Assembly: GCA_044229975.1 (NCBI GenBank)
Contig: JBGARZ010000006.1
Location: forward strand, 32,001 to 96,000
Source of the DNA: Polyangiales bacterium
GTDB lineage: Bacteria; Myxococcota_A; Polyangia; Polyangiales; Ga0077539
Direction of reading: 5' to 3'
Length of the DNA: 64,000 nt
Both the position numbers and the translations under genes were made by a program. Positions 39,740 through 49,677 of this stretch are shown here, one piece after another. Every line of letters starts with the position of its first letter. The stretch's first letter is position 1. The notes beneath the pieces were generated by a model. It was given only the letters and a program-made list of their open reading frames with translations, ran no database searches and was not told the DNA's origin.

Positions 39740-39866
39740 CGGACGGAGAGATCGGTGGCTGAAGCGTGGGCGGGCGCGTCCCTTCAGGTGAGGGCGCGTT
39801 GGGTTGACGGGGAAAGCGTCGTTGATGGCGTCGTCGAGCGCGAGGCGTCGTGGCACTCTGCCGCCC

Positions 39867-40538
39867 ATGACGTCGACCGCGCGACGGGTCCACACGGTGC
39901 ACTACCCGGAGACCGATCACATGGGGGAGGACTTCCTGCAGCGGCTCATCGCCGAGGAGCTGCGGCCGTTGATCGCGCGGTGGTTCAGGTCCCGTCGGGT
40001 GCGGGCCTTCACGGGTGCGGATCAGTTTCTCTACTGGGTCGAAGGGGACCCGACGCGGCGTGTGGCGCCGGACGTCTACGTGCTGCCGAAGGTCGACCCG
40101 GGGGCGGTCCCAACGTCGTGGCAGCTTTGGGAGGTGGGGCCGCCTTCGTTCGCGCTGGAGATCGTCTCCCGTGACGTGGGCAAGGACTACGAAGATGCGC
40201 CCGCGGAGTACTCCGCCATGGGCGCGAAGGAGCTCGTGATCTTCGACCCGGGCGCGACCTCCCGCAGCCGCACGCGGGTGCGCTGGCAGGTGTACCGGCG
40301 GCTCGCCCGACGGGGCTTCGTGCGAGTCGCGCAGACCACGAGCGACCGCGTCGAGGTGGCCTCGCTGGGCTGTTGGCTACGCGCAATGGGAGAAGGCCGT
40401 GACGTGCGTCTCCGACTCGGGACGGGCGTCGATGGAGGGGAGTTGTTCTTGACCGCGGAGGAGGAGCAGGCCCGCGGGCGCGCGGAAGCTGAGGCCGAGG
40501 TCGCACGTCTGCGAGCCCTGCTGGCGTCGCGCGGGTGA
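39867..40538 (+). CDS. Uma2/DUF820 family PD-(D/E)XK endonuclease-like protein
   Basis: YPE.D.MGE, APDVYV, LEIVS and Y..MG.KE..IFDP motifs, with a coiled tail. Confidence 0.9.
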   Translation: MTSTARRVHTVHYPETDHMGEDFLQRLIAEELRPLIARWFRSRRVRAFTGADQFLYWVEGDPTRRVAPDVYVLPKVDPGAVPTSWQLWEVGPPSFALEIVSRDVGKDYEDAPAEYSAMGAKELVIFDPGATSRSRTRVRWQVYRRLARRGFVRVAQTTSDRVEVASLGCWLRAMGEGRDVRLRLGTGVDGGELFLTAEEEQARGRAEAEAEVARLRALLASRG

Positions 40539-40561
40539 CTGCGAGACCCTCCGCGCCACCC

Positions 40562-41932
40562 ATGCACTCGCGCATCATCGTCGCCCTCGGGGTGCTCGCG
40601 CTCACCGCGTGCGGAGAGTCCCCGTCGAGCACCGACGCCGGCGCCGACGTCCGCACCGCCGACGTCCCCGTCAACGCTCCGCCCCGATGGACCAGCGCGC
40701 CCGCGACGCTCTCCATCGGCCAGGGCCAGCACCAGACGCTCATCGTCGCGATCGTCGACCCCGAGGGCGATGCCGTCACCCACGTCGTCACTGCGCCGCC
40801 CGGCGTCACGCTCTCCATCGACGGCGACGGCGCCACCACCCGCTGGAACCTCTCCGCCGACTACGCCACCACCGGCCCGCAGTCGGTCACCATCGAGAGC
40901 ACTGACGCGCGCGGCGCATGCACCACCCACGCCGTCGAGGTGACCGTCCGCCCCCTCACCTGGCTCTCGCGCGTGCAATGGACCGCCGACCCGCAGGCCC
41001 GCGAACACGCCGCGCTCATGGTCGACGCCGCACACAACCAGCTCCTCATGCTCGGCGGCTCCGGCTATCAGCCCTACGGAACGCCCCTCGGCGACGCGTG
41101 GCGCTACAACCTCGCCACCAGCACGTGGCAGACGGCCGCCGTCGATGGCGACGTCATTCCCCCGGCCGGGTCACGCCGCGTCGCGCTCATGCCCGACGGG
41201 CAATCGGCGCTGCTCTTCGGCGGATACGGCGCGTCCAACGCGGTCAACAACGAGCTCTTCCGGGTGACGTTTCGCGAGGACGGCGCGACGGTGCGACGCA
41301 TCGAGCAGCGCACCCCGCCGCCCGCGCGATCGCTCCATGCGTTTGCGTACGACCCGGTCACGCGGCGCTTCGCGGTGTTCGGTGGGGCGGGGCGCGCGTC
41401 TCCGCTCGGCGACACGTGGACCATGACCCTCGACGGTGACGTCGCGACGTGGACCGAGCTCGCCGCCAAGGAGGGTCCGTCTCCGCGCTACGGGTTCTTC
41501 TCGGGCTTCGATGCGGAGCGCGGTCGGCTCGTGGTGTTCAGCGGCGCGCAGGGGTTCTCGCCGCTCGACCCGGCGCCCGACACCTGGGCGCTCGACCTGC
41601 GGAGCGATGCGCCCGCGTGGCATCGGCTCGCGTCGGGCGACGAGCCCGGGTCGCCGCCGGGTCGTCGCAACGGCGTCGCGGAGTGGGACCCGACCGGGTC
41701 ACAACTGTTCGTGTTGGGTGGGACCGCCGACGCGCGCGGCAGCGAAGCCGGGCTGTGGGCCTTCGACGCAACACCCGGCGCCGAGCGCTGGGATCGCGTC
41801 GAGCGGGAGATGTCTCCGCCCGTCCGGTCGAGCGCCTTCGGGGTGTTCGACGCGACGCGCGGACGCGTGGTGTTCGGCTTCGGCAACACGACGTCGGCGG
41901 TGTACCGCGACCTCGCGAGCCTCCAGCTCTGA
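40562..41932 (+). CDS. Kelch-repeat lipoprotein with an Ig/cadherin-like domain
   Basis: Lipobox LTAC and repeated P.R..H..AYD....FGG.....DTW units. Confidence 0.85.
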   Translation: MHSRIIVALGVLALTACGESPSSTDAGADVRTADVPVNAPPRWTSAPATLSIGQGQHQTLIVAIVDPEGDAVTHVVTAPPGVTLSIDGDGATTRWNLSADYATTGPQSVTIESTDARGACTTHAVEVTVRPLTWLSRVQWTADPQAREHAALMVDAAHNQLLMLGGSGYQPYGTPLGDAWRYNLATSTWQTAAVDGDVIPPAGSRRVALMPDGQSALLFGGYGASNAVNNELFRVTFREDGATVRRIEQRTPPPARSLHAFAYDPVTRRFAVFGGAGRASPLGDTWTMTLDGDVATWTELAAKEGPSPRYGFFSGFDAERGRLVVFSGAQGFSPLDPAPDTWALDLRSDAPAWHRLASGDEPGSPPGRRNGVAEWDPTGSQLFVLGGTADARGSEAGLWAFDATPGAERWDRVEREMSPPVRSSAFGVFDATRGRVVFGFGNTTSAVYRDLASLQL

Positions 41933-41935
41933 CGC

Positions 41936-42703
41936 CTACAGGTTGAAGTAGATGCGACCGCTGAGGTTGACGACCCAGAAGTCGGCGTAGATGGCGTCGT
42001 TGCGACCCGTGGCAAGGAAGAGCGGGAAGTCGAAGCTCGCGGTGATGTCGGCGAGCGGAGAGGCGCCCGCGCCGTTGGCGATGGTGTAGCCAACGAAGAC
42101 GCCGAGGGGCATCGCGAAGGAGTCGAAGTTGGGGAGCAGCACGCCCGTGCGCGCGCCCAGGAAGAGGTTGGGGTTGAGGTTGGCCGCGAACGACACGGGG
42201 ATGCTGAGCCCCTTGCCCAGCGGGTCGCTGAAGGACAGTTCGAGGAAGGCGCCGGTGTCGAGGCGCATCGTGTCGCCGAGGTGGAAGAGCACCGGGACAC
42301 CCGCGCGCAGGCCGAAGTTGCCGTTGACGGGGAAGGAGACGTCGAGCCGCGCGCCCACGTCGACGTTGCCGCGCACGAAGCGATAGACGCCGTAGATCGA
42401 CGGGTCGTTGTAGCTGAAGCTCGGGCTCAGGGTGAGCGGGATGACCGTCGCGCCCACTTCGAGATCCTCGGTGATGCCGAAGCCCGCGCCGAGGTTGAGG
42501 CCGACGCGCGTCGCCGTGGCGATGCCAAGCGAGATCTGCGAGACGCTGAAGTCGACGTCAGCGCGGAGGGTGCGCGCCGTGAGCGTGAGCGGACGTCGTG
42601 CGAAAGGCAGGGGTAGCTGCGTCTGCTGGGCCTGCGCGCTGGATGCGGCGGACACGACCGCGAGCGCGGCGAAAGCAACGGACAGACAGGTGATGTTCTT
42701 CAA
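41936..42703 (-). CDS. Outer membrane beta-barrel protein, hypothetical
   Basis: TTG start with a GGAGG SD, signal peptide ending AQA, amphipathic strands and an aromatic C-terminus (IYFNL). Confidence 0.7.
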   Translation of the reverse strand: MKNITCLSVAFAALAVVSAASSAQAQQTQLPLPFARRPLTLTARTLRADVDFSVSQISLGIATATRVGLNLGAGFGITEDLEVGATVIPLTLSPSFSYNDPSIYGVYRFVRGNVDVGARLDVSFPVNGNFGLRAGVPVLFHLGDTMRLDTGAFLELSFSDPLGKGLSIPVSFAANLNPNLFLGARTGVLLPNFDSFAMPLGVFVGYTIANGAGASPLADITASFDFPLFLATGRNDAIYADFWVVNLSGRIYFNL

Positions 42704-42952
42704 GGGGTGGTTCCTCCAAGTGAGTGGCGCCGCGACCCTGCGGCGCGCCGAGGCTATGCGATGCACGACGAAGGCCACGGATTCCGTGCAGGATCACTCG
42801 CACGAAATCGCGGCGCGTCAGGGAGATGGCGCGGGGGCGGGCGTGAAGCACGGGTGCCGTCGGGGTGTGAAGCGCGAGTGACGCCTTCGATAAGTCGGTA
42901 GGTGGCGTCGGGGGCGTCGATCGGATAGAGCCGTCGCCCCGGTTGCCAGTTC

Positions 42953-44119
42953 ATGGGTCGACGTCGCCACCAGGCCAGGAAGCGCTCGCAGGGACTCGCG
43001 TACCGCGCGGCCGCCCTCGTGGCCATCGGCGCTGCCATCATCACAGGCGCGCTCGCGGCGGTCTCCACGGCGCCGCGGCCGCGCATCGACGGCACCCCGC
43101 TGCGCATCCCGATCTTCCCGAGAATACTCGCGCGGGTAAACGACGGCGGTCACATCGAGCCCATCGGGATGGTGATTCCGCCCGACGCGTCGCGCGAGAC
43201 GGCGTGGCCGCCGGCGCTGCTCAACCCCGACGCGCGCCTGCGCTGGGGCTGGGACCTCTCGCTGGGACGACCGAGCTCCCGCGAGGTGCTCTTCACCTTC
43301 GACGACGGGCCCAACCCGGGCACCACCGATCGGCTGCTGCCCATCCTGGCGAGGGCCAACATCCACGCGGCGTTCTTCGTGTGCGGGTGGCGGATGGAGT
43401 CGAGCGAGGAGCCGCTGCGAACGCGCTCGCGACAGATCCTCCGCGACACGCTGGCGGCGGGTCACATCATCGGCAACCACACGGTGCACCACCACCAGCT
43501 CTCGCTGCTGACGCCCGACCGGGTGCGCTACGAGATCGAACACAACGCCGACCTCATCGAGGAGGTCATCGGCGAGCGGCCGCACCTGTTCCGACCGCCG
43601 TATGGGGCGTACAGCGAGGACGTTCGACGGCACCTCGTGTCGCGCGGCAACGAGCTGTGGATGTGGTCCATCGACCCGCACGACTACCTGCTGGTCAACG
43701 ACTCCGACACGGTGGCCCAACGGGTCATCACCAACCTGGGCAACCACGCCGGCGGAACCGTATTGCTCCACGACACGCACCCGTGGAGCGTGGCCGCGGT
43801 GCCGAAGATCCTGCGTTGGCTCGACCGCGAGAACCGCGACCGCGAGCAGGCCGGGCGGCCGCCGTACGTGGTGCTCGATCCGGCGCGCTACATGGAAGGG
43901 GCGCGGGCGCGCATCCCGATGATCCAGGCGGCCGACGCGCTGGCGCAGGGCAATCCCCGGACGCGTGACGCGGGTCGAGCGGACGCGGCGGTGGAGCCGA
44001 CCACGGGCCCGGTGGCAGAGGGCCCGGTGGATGCGGCGGCTGCGACGGCAGTGGTGGACGCGAGGGCGACGGACGCGGGCGTGCGGCGGGCGCCGATGGA
44101 CGCGGGCGACGGGCGTTAG
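42953..44119 (+). CDS. Polysaccharide deacetylase (CE4/NodB)
   Basis: TFDDGP, GNHT..H, FRPPYG and LLHD motifs. Confidence 0.95.
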   Translation: MGRRRHQARKRSQGLAYRAAALVAIGAAIITGALAAVSTAPRPRIDGTPLRIPIFPRILARVNDGGHIEPIGMVIPPDASRETAWPPALLNPDARLRWGWDLSLGRPSSREVLFTFDDGPNPGTTDRLLPILARANIHAAFFVCGWRMESSEEPLRTRSRQILRDTLAAGHIIGNHTVHHHQLSLLTPDRVRYEIEHNADLIEEVIGERPHLFRPPYGAYSEDVRRHLVSRGNELWMWSIDPHDYLLVNDSDTVAQRVITNLGNHAGGTVLLHDTHPWSVAAVPKILRWLDRENRDREQAGRPPYVVLDPARYMEGARARIPMIQAADALAQGNPRTRDAGRADAAVEPTTGPVAEGPVDAAAATAVVDARATDAGVRRAPMDAGDGR

Positions 44120-44802
44120 GGCAGCTTCGCTCCCTGCCCGAAGAGAACCTTCCTGGCCTCGTCGTCGAGGGGCCGGATGGCGTCCTTGCCGACCTTCAGC
44201 GCGCGCTGCACGGCGGGGCGTTGGTCGATGCGGGCGAGCCACGCGGCCACCCTGGGGAAGCTCGCCGCGTCGATGTTGAGGCGGTCGTGCAGGCGCGCCC
44301 ACGGGAAGGCCGCCATGTCGGCGACGGAGTACTCGCCCGCGAGGTAGTCGCGGTCGGCGAGGCGGCGCTCCATGACGCCGAAGAGGCGCTCGACCTCCTT
44401 GGTGTAGCGCTCCATGCCGTAGGCGATCTTCTCGGGCGCGTAGTGAACGAAGTGGTTGGCCTGACCCATCATCGGGCCGAGGCCGCCCATCTGCCACATG
44501 AGCCACTCGTGCACGGCGACGCGACCGCGCAGGTCGTCGGGGATGAAGCTGCGGGTCTTGTCGGCGAGGTACAGGAGGATGGCGCCGCTCTCGAAGACCG
44601 AGACGGGCGTTCCCCCGCCGGGCGGGTCGTCGTCGACGATGGCGGGCATGCGGTTGTTGGGAGAGATCGCGAGGAAGTCGGGCTTGAATTGCTCGCCGCG
44701 CCCGATGTTGACCGGGAGCACGCGGTAGGGAAGGCCCATCTCTTCGAGGGCGATGGTGATCTTCCACCCGTTGGGGGTGGGCCAGTAATGGAGGTCGATC
44801 AT
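44116..44802 (-). CDS. Glutathione S-transferase / GSH-dependent disulfide oxidoreductase (YfcG-like)
   Basis: TPNG.K, PN.RMPAI, FESGAIL and WQMGGLGPM.GQ motifs. Confidence 0.95.
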   Translation of the reverse strand: MIDLHYWPTPNGWKITIALEEMGLPYRVLPVNIGRGEQFKPDFLAISPNNRMPAIVDDDPPGGGTPVSVFESGAILLYLADKTRSFIPDDLRGRVAVHEWLMWQMGGLGPMMGQANHFVHYAPEKIAYGMERYTKEVERLFGVMERRLADRDYLAGEYSVADMAAFPWARLHDRLNIDAASFPRVAAWLARIDQRPAVQRALKVGKDAIRPLDDEARKVLFGQGAKLP

Positions 44803-44816
44803 GGGTGCGCGCAGGC

Positions 44817-45602
44817 TTAGCGCACGGCGCAGACGTACGCGATCATGGCGCCGCGTTCGTCGGGTGTTTCGTCGTCGAGCTGCGGGCGAGAGAGGTCGAC
44901 GGGGAGCTTCCAGCGGGTGGTTCGCCAGCGGAGGTCGAAGCCGTGGGCTGCGAGCAGCGCGCGGGTCTCTTCAGGGAAGAACTGCCGCTGCGAGATGGTC
45001 CATTGCCGGGCGGCGGCGCGGTCGAGGACGGGCGTGAGCGTGAGCCGCGTGGTGAGCACCTGGGCGAGCGCGTCGTAGTCGAACTCCTCGCGCAGCGTGA
45101 CGGGCTCTCGCGTGGATGGGTCGAGGAAGCGGCCGGTCTCCAGGGTCTCGCCTGCGAGCAAGCGTGGCTCCGGGAGCCACAGGTCGAAGGCGAAGAGACC
45201 ACCGGGCGCGAGGTGCTTACGGACCAGGGTAAAGAAGGAGGACTGCTGCTCGGCGGTGTGGAGGTGGGCGAGTCCGTTGAAGGGGAAGAGCACGCGGTCG
45301 AAGCGGGCGTCGAGGTCGAGCGTGGTGGCGTCGCCGAGCACCGGGGAGACGCGGTCGTGGATGCGGGCGCGCTCGCGGGCGAGGCGCGCGCGGAGGGCGT
45401 CGAGCATGGCGGGCTCGCGCTCGACGGCGACGACGGTGCTGCCCGCGAGGGCGACGGGGAGCGTGATGCGCCCGGTGCCCGCACCGTATTCGAGCACGCG
45501 GGCGTGGCCGCGGGTGAGGCCGGCGTAGAAGCGTACGTCGTCGGTGCGGTCGTCGAAGAGGAGGTCGTAGACGCCGGGCGCGGCGTAGAGGTCGGGGGGC
45601 AT
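44817..45602 (-). CDS. Class I SAM-dependent methyltransferase
   Basis: D..FY, VLEYGAGTGR and HL.PGG motifs. Confidence 0.9.
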   Translation of the reverse strand: MPPDLYAAPGVYDLLFDDRTDDVRFYAGLTRGHARVLEYGAGTGRITLPVALAGSTVVAVEREPAMLDALRARLARERARIHDRVSPVLGDATTLDLDARFDRVLFPFNGLAHLHTAEQQSSFFTLVRKHLAPGGLFAFDLWLPEPRLLAGETLETGRFLDPSTREPVTLREEFDYDALAQVLTTRLTLTPVLDRAAARQWTISQRQFFPEETRALLAAHGFDLRWRTTRWKLPVDLSRPQLDDETPDERGAMIAYVCAVR

Positions 45603-45648
45603 TGGGTTGCGTTCTGCTGGCGGCGTGACGGTGTTACGGTCGGCGGCG

Positions 45649-47103
45649 ATGGCGGGTCAGGGTGACGTTCTCGGCGGGAAATACAAGCTCCTGAGCCCGC
45701 TCGGGGAGGGCGGCATGGGGGCCGTCTGGGTCGCCGAAAACATCGCCATCCGCGGCGCCGAGGTCGCCGTGAAGGTGCTCCACGCCAGCTTCGCGCGCGA
45801 CCCCGCGGCCGTGCGTCGCTTCCGCACCGAGGCCGAGGCGACGGTGCTCATCGGGCACCCCAACATCGTGCGCGTCTTCGACTACGGCGAGTCCGACGAC
45901 GGCGCGCCCTTCATGGTCATGGAGCGCCTCCGCGGCGAGAGCCTCGCCCAGCGCCTCGAACGCGACGAGTCGCTCCCCGTGGCCGACGCCGTGGGCATCG
46001 TGGTGGCCGTGCTCGAAGCGCTCGACGCCGCCCACGAGAAGGAGATCCTGCACCGCGACCTCAAGCCCGAGAACATCTTCCTCGCCGAGCACGGCGACGT
46101 CGTGCAGCCGAAGATCCTCGACTTCGGGGTGTCGAAGTTTCTCGGCGACGACGCCGAGCGCGTCCGGCTCACCCGCACCGGCGCGCTCATCGGAACGCCC
46201 GCGTACATGTCCCCCGAGCAGGCCCGCGGCGAAGCCACCATCGACCTGCGCAGCGACGTGTGGGCGATGGGGGTGATCCTCTACGAGCTGCTCACGGGAC
46301 GGCTCCCGTACGAGGGCCCCAACTACAACGCCGTGATGATGCGCATCGCCACCGAGGGGCACGTCCCGCTGCTCGACGCGCTGCCGTCGCTCGACCCGGT
46401 GCTGGCCTCCGTCGTCGAGCGGGCCCTCGCTCGCACGGCCCGCGAGCGCTACCCGACGGCGCGCTCGATGCGCGAGGCGCTGCGGGCGTGGGAGCGCGGC
46501 GAAGGCGTGCTCGAAGCGCCGCCGCGCGGGAGCCTCGCCCCGACGCGCAGCTCGAAGACGCCGACGCCGACGCTGGTGCACGCCGACACGCTGCCGGGTG
46601 ATGGCGCCGTCACGCTGCCGCGCGCGAAGCCGCAGCCGAAGTGGCTCATGGCCGTGGGCGCGTTGGCGCTCATCGGCTCGGTGGGAACCGCGTGGCGGAT
46701 GAGCGCCGTGACGCCAGTGGTGACCCCGGCGGTGGCGCCAGTGGTGGCGCCCGCGGCGACGCACAGGCTGAGCATCACGGGGGTTCCGGCGGGGGCGCGG
46801 GTGCTGGTGGATGACGCGGTGGTGACGCTGCCGACGGCGCTGCGGGCCGACGGCGACCATCGGGTGCTGGTGGAGGTCGCGGGGGCGCCCGCGTGGATGG
46901 CAGTGGTGTCGCGGCCCACGGCGGATGTGTCGCTGGCCTACGTGGCGCCGGCGGTGACGACGGTGGCGGCGGTGGTCGACGCGGGAGTGGCGGTGGTGGC
47001 GCCGACGGTGCGGGCCCCGGCGCGGCGAGCGGTGGTGCGGGAGCGCCCGGATGCAGGGCGGCGGCCCATCGAGACGCTGATCGAGCGCGGTACGCCGTTT
47101 TGA
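45649..47103 (+). CDS. Membrane Hanks-type Ser/Thr protein kinase
   Basis: LGEGGMG, VAVK, HRDLKPEN, DFG and GTPAYMSPEQ motifs, plus a TM and a PEGA-like tail. Confidence 0.95.
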   Translation: MAGQGDVLGGKYKLLSPLGEGGMGAVWVAENIAIRGAEVAVKVLHASFARDPAAVRRFRTEAEATVLIGHPNIVRVFDYGESDDGAPFMVMERLRGESLAQRLERDESLPVADAVGIVVAVLEALDAAHEKEILHRDLKPENIFLAEHGDVVQPKILDFGVSKFLGDDAERVRLTRTGALIGTPAYMSPEQARGEATIDLRSDVWAMGVILYELLTGRLPYEGPNYNAVMMRIATEGHVPLLDALPSLDPVLASVVERALARTARERYPTARSMREALRAWERGEGVLEAPPRGSLAPTRSSKTPTPTLVHADTLPGDGAVTLPRAKPQPKWLMAVGALALIGSVGTAWRMSAVTPVVTPAVAPVVAPAATHRLSITGVPAGARVLVDDAVVTLPTALRADGDHRVLVEVAGAPAWMAVVSRPTADVSLAYVAPAVTTVAAVVDAGVAVVAPTVRAPARRAVVRERPDAGRRPIETLIERGTPF

Positions 47104-47109
47104 GCAGGT

Positions 47110-47181
47110 TGGGGACGGTTTCAGCTTTTCACCTTGTCGGGTTTCGGTCCGGCGAAAGGTGAAAAGCTGAGTCCGTCCCCA
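47110..47181. repeat. Orphan inverted doublet, 26-bp arms with a 20-bp spacer
   Basis: TGGGGACGGTTTCAGCTTTTCACCTT ... AAGGTGAAAAGCTGAGTCCGTCCCCA (2 mismatches). Confidence 0.9.
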
Positions 47182-47284
47182 CCCCCGGAACCTCTCGACC
47201 CCGAAGGCTGTCTCGGCGTATGTGCGAAGTCGTGCCGATGCGCTGCCGCTGGGATGGTCGACGCTCCACGCCGAGGCGTTGTCC

Positions 47285-47887
47285 ATGACGCTCGACGTCG
47301 AGGCTGAGCGCGTCCTCGTCGAGCGGCTGCGGCGCCGTGACGAGGCGGCGTTCAACCTCTTCGTGCGGGCGTATCAGGCCAAGGTGTTCTCGCTGGTGCA
47401 ACGGATGCTGGGCAATCGTGCGGAGGCGGAAGACCTCTCGCAGGAGGTGTTCATCACCGTCTTTCGCAGCATCGACAGCTTTCGCGGTGACTCACGGCTC
47501 GGGACGTGGCTCTACCGGGTGGCCGTCAACCACTGCAAAAACCGCATCAAATACCTCGATCGGCGCGTGACGCGCGGCCACGACGCCATGGACGACGAGG
47601 GGGCGAAGGCCCTCACCGAGGGCGGTCCCGTGATGTCGCGGCCCGACCGACCCGACGAGTCGATGCAGGGCGCCGAGCTGGGCAAGGTCATCGACCGGGC
47701 CCTCGGGCTGCTCGAAGAGGAGCACCGCACCCTCGTGGTGCTGCGCGACCTGGAGGGCCTGAGCTACGAAGACATCATGGCCATCACCGGGCTCCCCGAA
47801 GGAACCGTGAAGAGCCGCCTCCACCGCGCCCGCGCGGCGCTGCGCGAGGCCATCGAGCGAGGTCTGGGATGCAAGCTGCCGGAGTAA
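47285..47887 (+). CDS. ECF RNA polymerase sigma factor (RpoE/SigW-like)
   Basis: AEDLSQEVF, TWLYRVAVN and GLSY..I...GTVKSRLHRAR motifs. Confidence 0.95.
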   Translation: MTLDVEAERVLVERLRRRDEAAFNLFVRAYQAKVFSLVQRMLGNRAEAEDLSQEVFITVFRSIDSFRGDSRLGTWLYRVAVNHCKNRIKYLDRRVTRGHDAMDDEGAKALTEGGPVMSRPDRPDESMQGAELGKVIDRALGLLEEEHRTLVVLRDLEGLSYEDIMAITGLPEGTVKSRLHRARAALREAIERGLGCKLPE

Positions 47888-48333
47888 CGCTGACCGACGA
47901 CGAGGTGCGCGACCTGTTCAGCGCCTACCACGACCGCGAGCTGTCGCCCGAGCGCAACGACGCCGTGCGCGCGGCGCTCGACGCCAACGAGTCGCTCAAG
48001 CGCGAGTACGACGGCTTCTGCAAGATGCTCGACCAGCTCTCGGCCATGGCCGCCGAGACCGAAGCGCCCGTCGCAGGCATCGCCGCCGCGAAGAGCGCCG
48101 AAGCACCGGCGCCTGACCTGCTGGTGGGCGTTCAGAGGCGGTTGCAGAAGCGGTCGGGGGGACGGTTCTACCAGGACGGCTGGTCGCGCATGGCGGGCAT
48201 CTTCCCGCTGGAACTACTGGCCACGCTGGTGCTCATCGCCCTCGTGGTGGCCTACGTCGCGATGACCATGGTGTCCGCGCGTCCCGCCCCGTCGCCCGCT
48301 CCGCCGCGGCCGGGGACGACCATCGCCCACTGA
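47869..48333 (+). CDS. Putative anti-sigma factor (single TM)
   Basis: Overlaps the sigma gene end. L.SAY.D.EL anti-sigma-like N-terminus and a C-terminal TM. Confidence 0.7.
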   Translation: MQAAGVTLTDDEVRDLFSAYHDRELSPERNDAVRAALDANESLKREYDGFCKMLDQLSAMAAETEAPVAGIAAAKSAEAPAPDLLVGVQRRLQKRSGGRFYQDGWSRMAGIFPLELLATLVLIALVVAYVAMTMVSARPAPSPAPPRPGTTIAH

Positions 48334-48358
48334 TCGCTCGTCTTCCCCAGCATGGCGT

Positions 48359-48622
48359 TCGCGCAGCGGGCCGGGGTTCACGGTGCAGGCTCCGCGTCCG
48401 TCGCGCTCCGTTCACCGCCGGGCAATGGTAGGGGGTCACCCCGCCGCTGCGCGACGGGGTTGCAGGTCCAGATCCATCGCGATCCCGGTCGACGAAGTGG
48501 AGGCAGTGACATCCGCTGCAACCCCGTCGCGCAGCGGCGGGGTGACCCCCTACCATTGCCCGGCGGTGAACGGAGCGCGACGGACGCGGAGCCTGCACCG
48601 TGAACCCCGGCCCACTGCGCGA
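48359..48622. mobile_element. Non-autonomous REPIN-like doublet of family A (107-bp arms, 50-bp spacer)
   Basis: Arms 48359-48465 and 48516-48622 are reverse complements with 1 mismatch and are homologous to the arms flanking tnpA at 22495-22947. Confidence 0.9.
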
Positions 48623-48625
48623 CCG

Positions 48626-49066
48626 TCACCGCTTCTTCTTTTTCTTCTTCGCGGGCTCGTCGTCCTCCTCCGCGTCGGGCTCGATGTCGCCCAGGTCGGG
48701 CAGCGTGAGTCCCGCCAACGGCTCGCGGAGTCGCTTTCGCTTCCGCTCCTGGAGCCGCTCGATCATCGCCATGAGCTTGGGGTCGCCCCAGCGCTGGTTG
48801 TCGTGGCGAATGCCCTTCGCGCCGTTGCAGCGACCGCACGCGACGGCGAGGTTCTCCAGCGCGTTGGTGCCTCCGTGCGTGCGCGGAACGATGTGCTCCA
48901 GCGTCGCGCGCAGGAGGCGCGAGCCGTCGAGGTCGACGCACACGAGGCAGTTGCAGTGGATGCACTTGCCCGCGAGCACTTCGACGCCGCGCAGCTCGGC
49001 GCGGTCGAAGGTGCGGTCGGTGGCCGCGCACCAGAGGAGGAGGGCGTGTCGGCGGGCGGTTCCCAT
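48626..49066 (-). CDS. HNH endonuclease
   Basis: CIHC...TLEHIVPRTHGGTN..ENL..AC.RCN..K motif. Confidence 0.9.
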   Translation of the reverse strand: MGTARRHALLLWCAATDRTFDRAELRGVEVLAGKCIHCNCLVCVDLDGSRLLRATLEHIVPRTHGGTNALENLAVACGRCNGAKGIRHDNQRWGDPKLMAMIERLQERKRKRLREPLAGLTLPDLGDIEPDAEEDDEPAKKKKKKR

Positions 49067-49118
49067 GGCCGGCGACTCTAGCGCCGGCCGAGGGGGAGGC
49101 GAGCGGGCGCTTACCCGA

Positions 49119-49538
49119 TCAGAGCAGCTCGTAGCCCGCGAAGTAGTAGCCGATCTCGCGCGCCGCGCTGGCGGCCGAGTCCGAGCCGTGCGTCGCGTTC
49201 TCGCCCTTGCTGGCGCCGAAGAGCTTGCGGATCGTGCCGTCGGCGGCCTGCGCCGGGTCGGTCGCGCCCATGGTCTCGCGCCACTTCGCGATGGCCCCGT
49301 CGGCCTCCAGCGCGAGGATGTACACCGGGCCGCGCGACATGAACGTCGTCAGCTCGCCGAAGAAGCCGCGGGCGCTGTGCTCCGCGTAGAAGCCCTCGGC
49401 CTGCGCCTTGGTGAGGTGGATGCGCTTCGAGCCGCGCACCTTGAAGCCCGCCTTCTCGATGTGGGCGAGGATCGCCCCCGCCAGGTTCTTCTCCACCGCG
49501 TCGGGCTTGATCATCGCCAGGGTCAGTTCGGTCGCCAT
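49119..49538 (-). CDS. ndk: Nucleoside diphosphate kinase
   Basis: [14 protein letters not shown] and NATHGSDS motifs. Confidence 0.99.
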   Translation of the reverse strand: MATELTLAMIKPDAVEKNLAGAILAHIEKAGFKVRGSKRIHLTKAQAEGFYAEHSARGFFGELTTFMSRGPVYILALEADGAIAKWRETMGATDPAQAADGTIRKLFGASKGENATHGSDSAASAAREIGYYFAGYELL

Positions 49539-49677
49539 AATTCTTCGGTGTCCTTTCGCGGCGCCTTCTAGACGCACCGCGCGCCGATGGCAAGCGACGC
49601 GCTCGCTTTACGGGTTCACGTAAAAGTCACCCGTGACTTCACGGAGGGCCGCGCCTACCGTCGCTCGCACTGCCGCC

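Noticed and set aside
39867..40538. Uma2 nuclease as a restriction or defence system
   Set aside because: It is a stand-alone member of a family commonly expanded in myxobacteria, with no methylase or partner.
48626..49066. HNH gene plus the adjacent structured repeat as an RNA-guided (IscB/HEARO-like) system
   Set aside because: The HNH is a small stand-alone domain with no RuvC or PLMP motifs. The repeat is downstream of it and matches the tnpA-associated family A.
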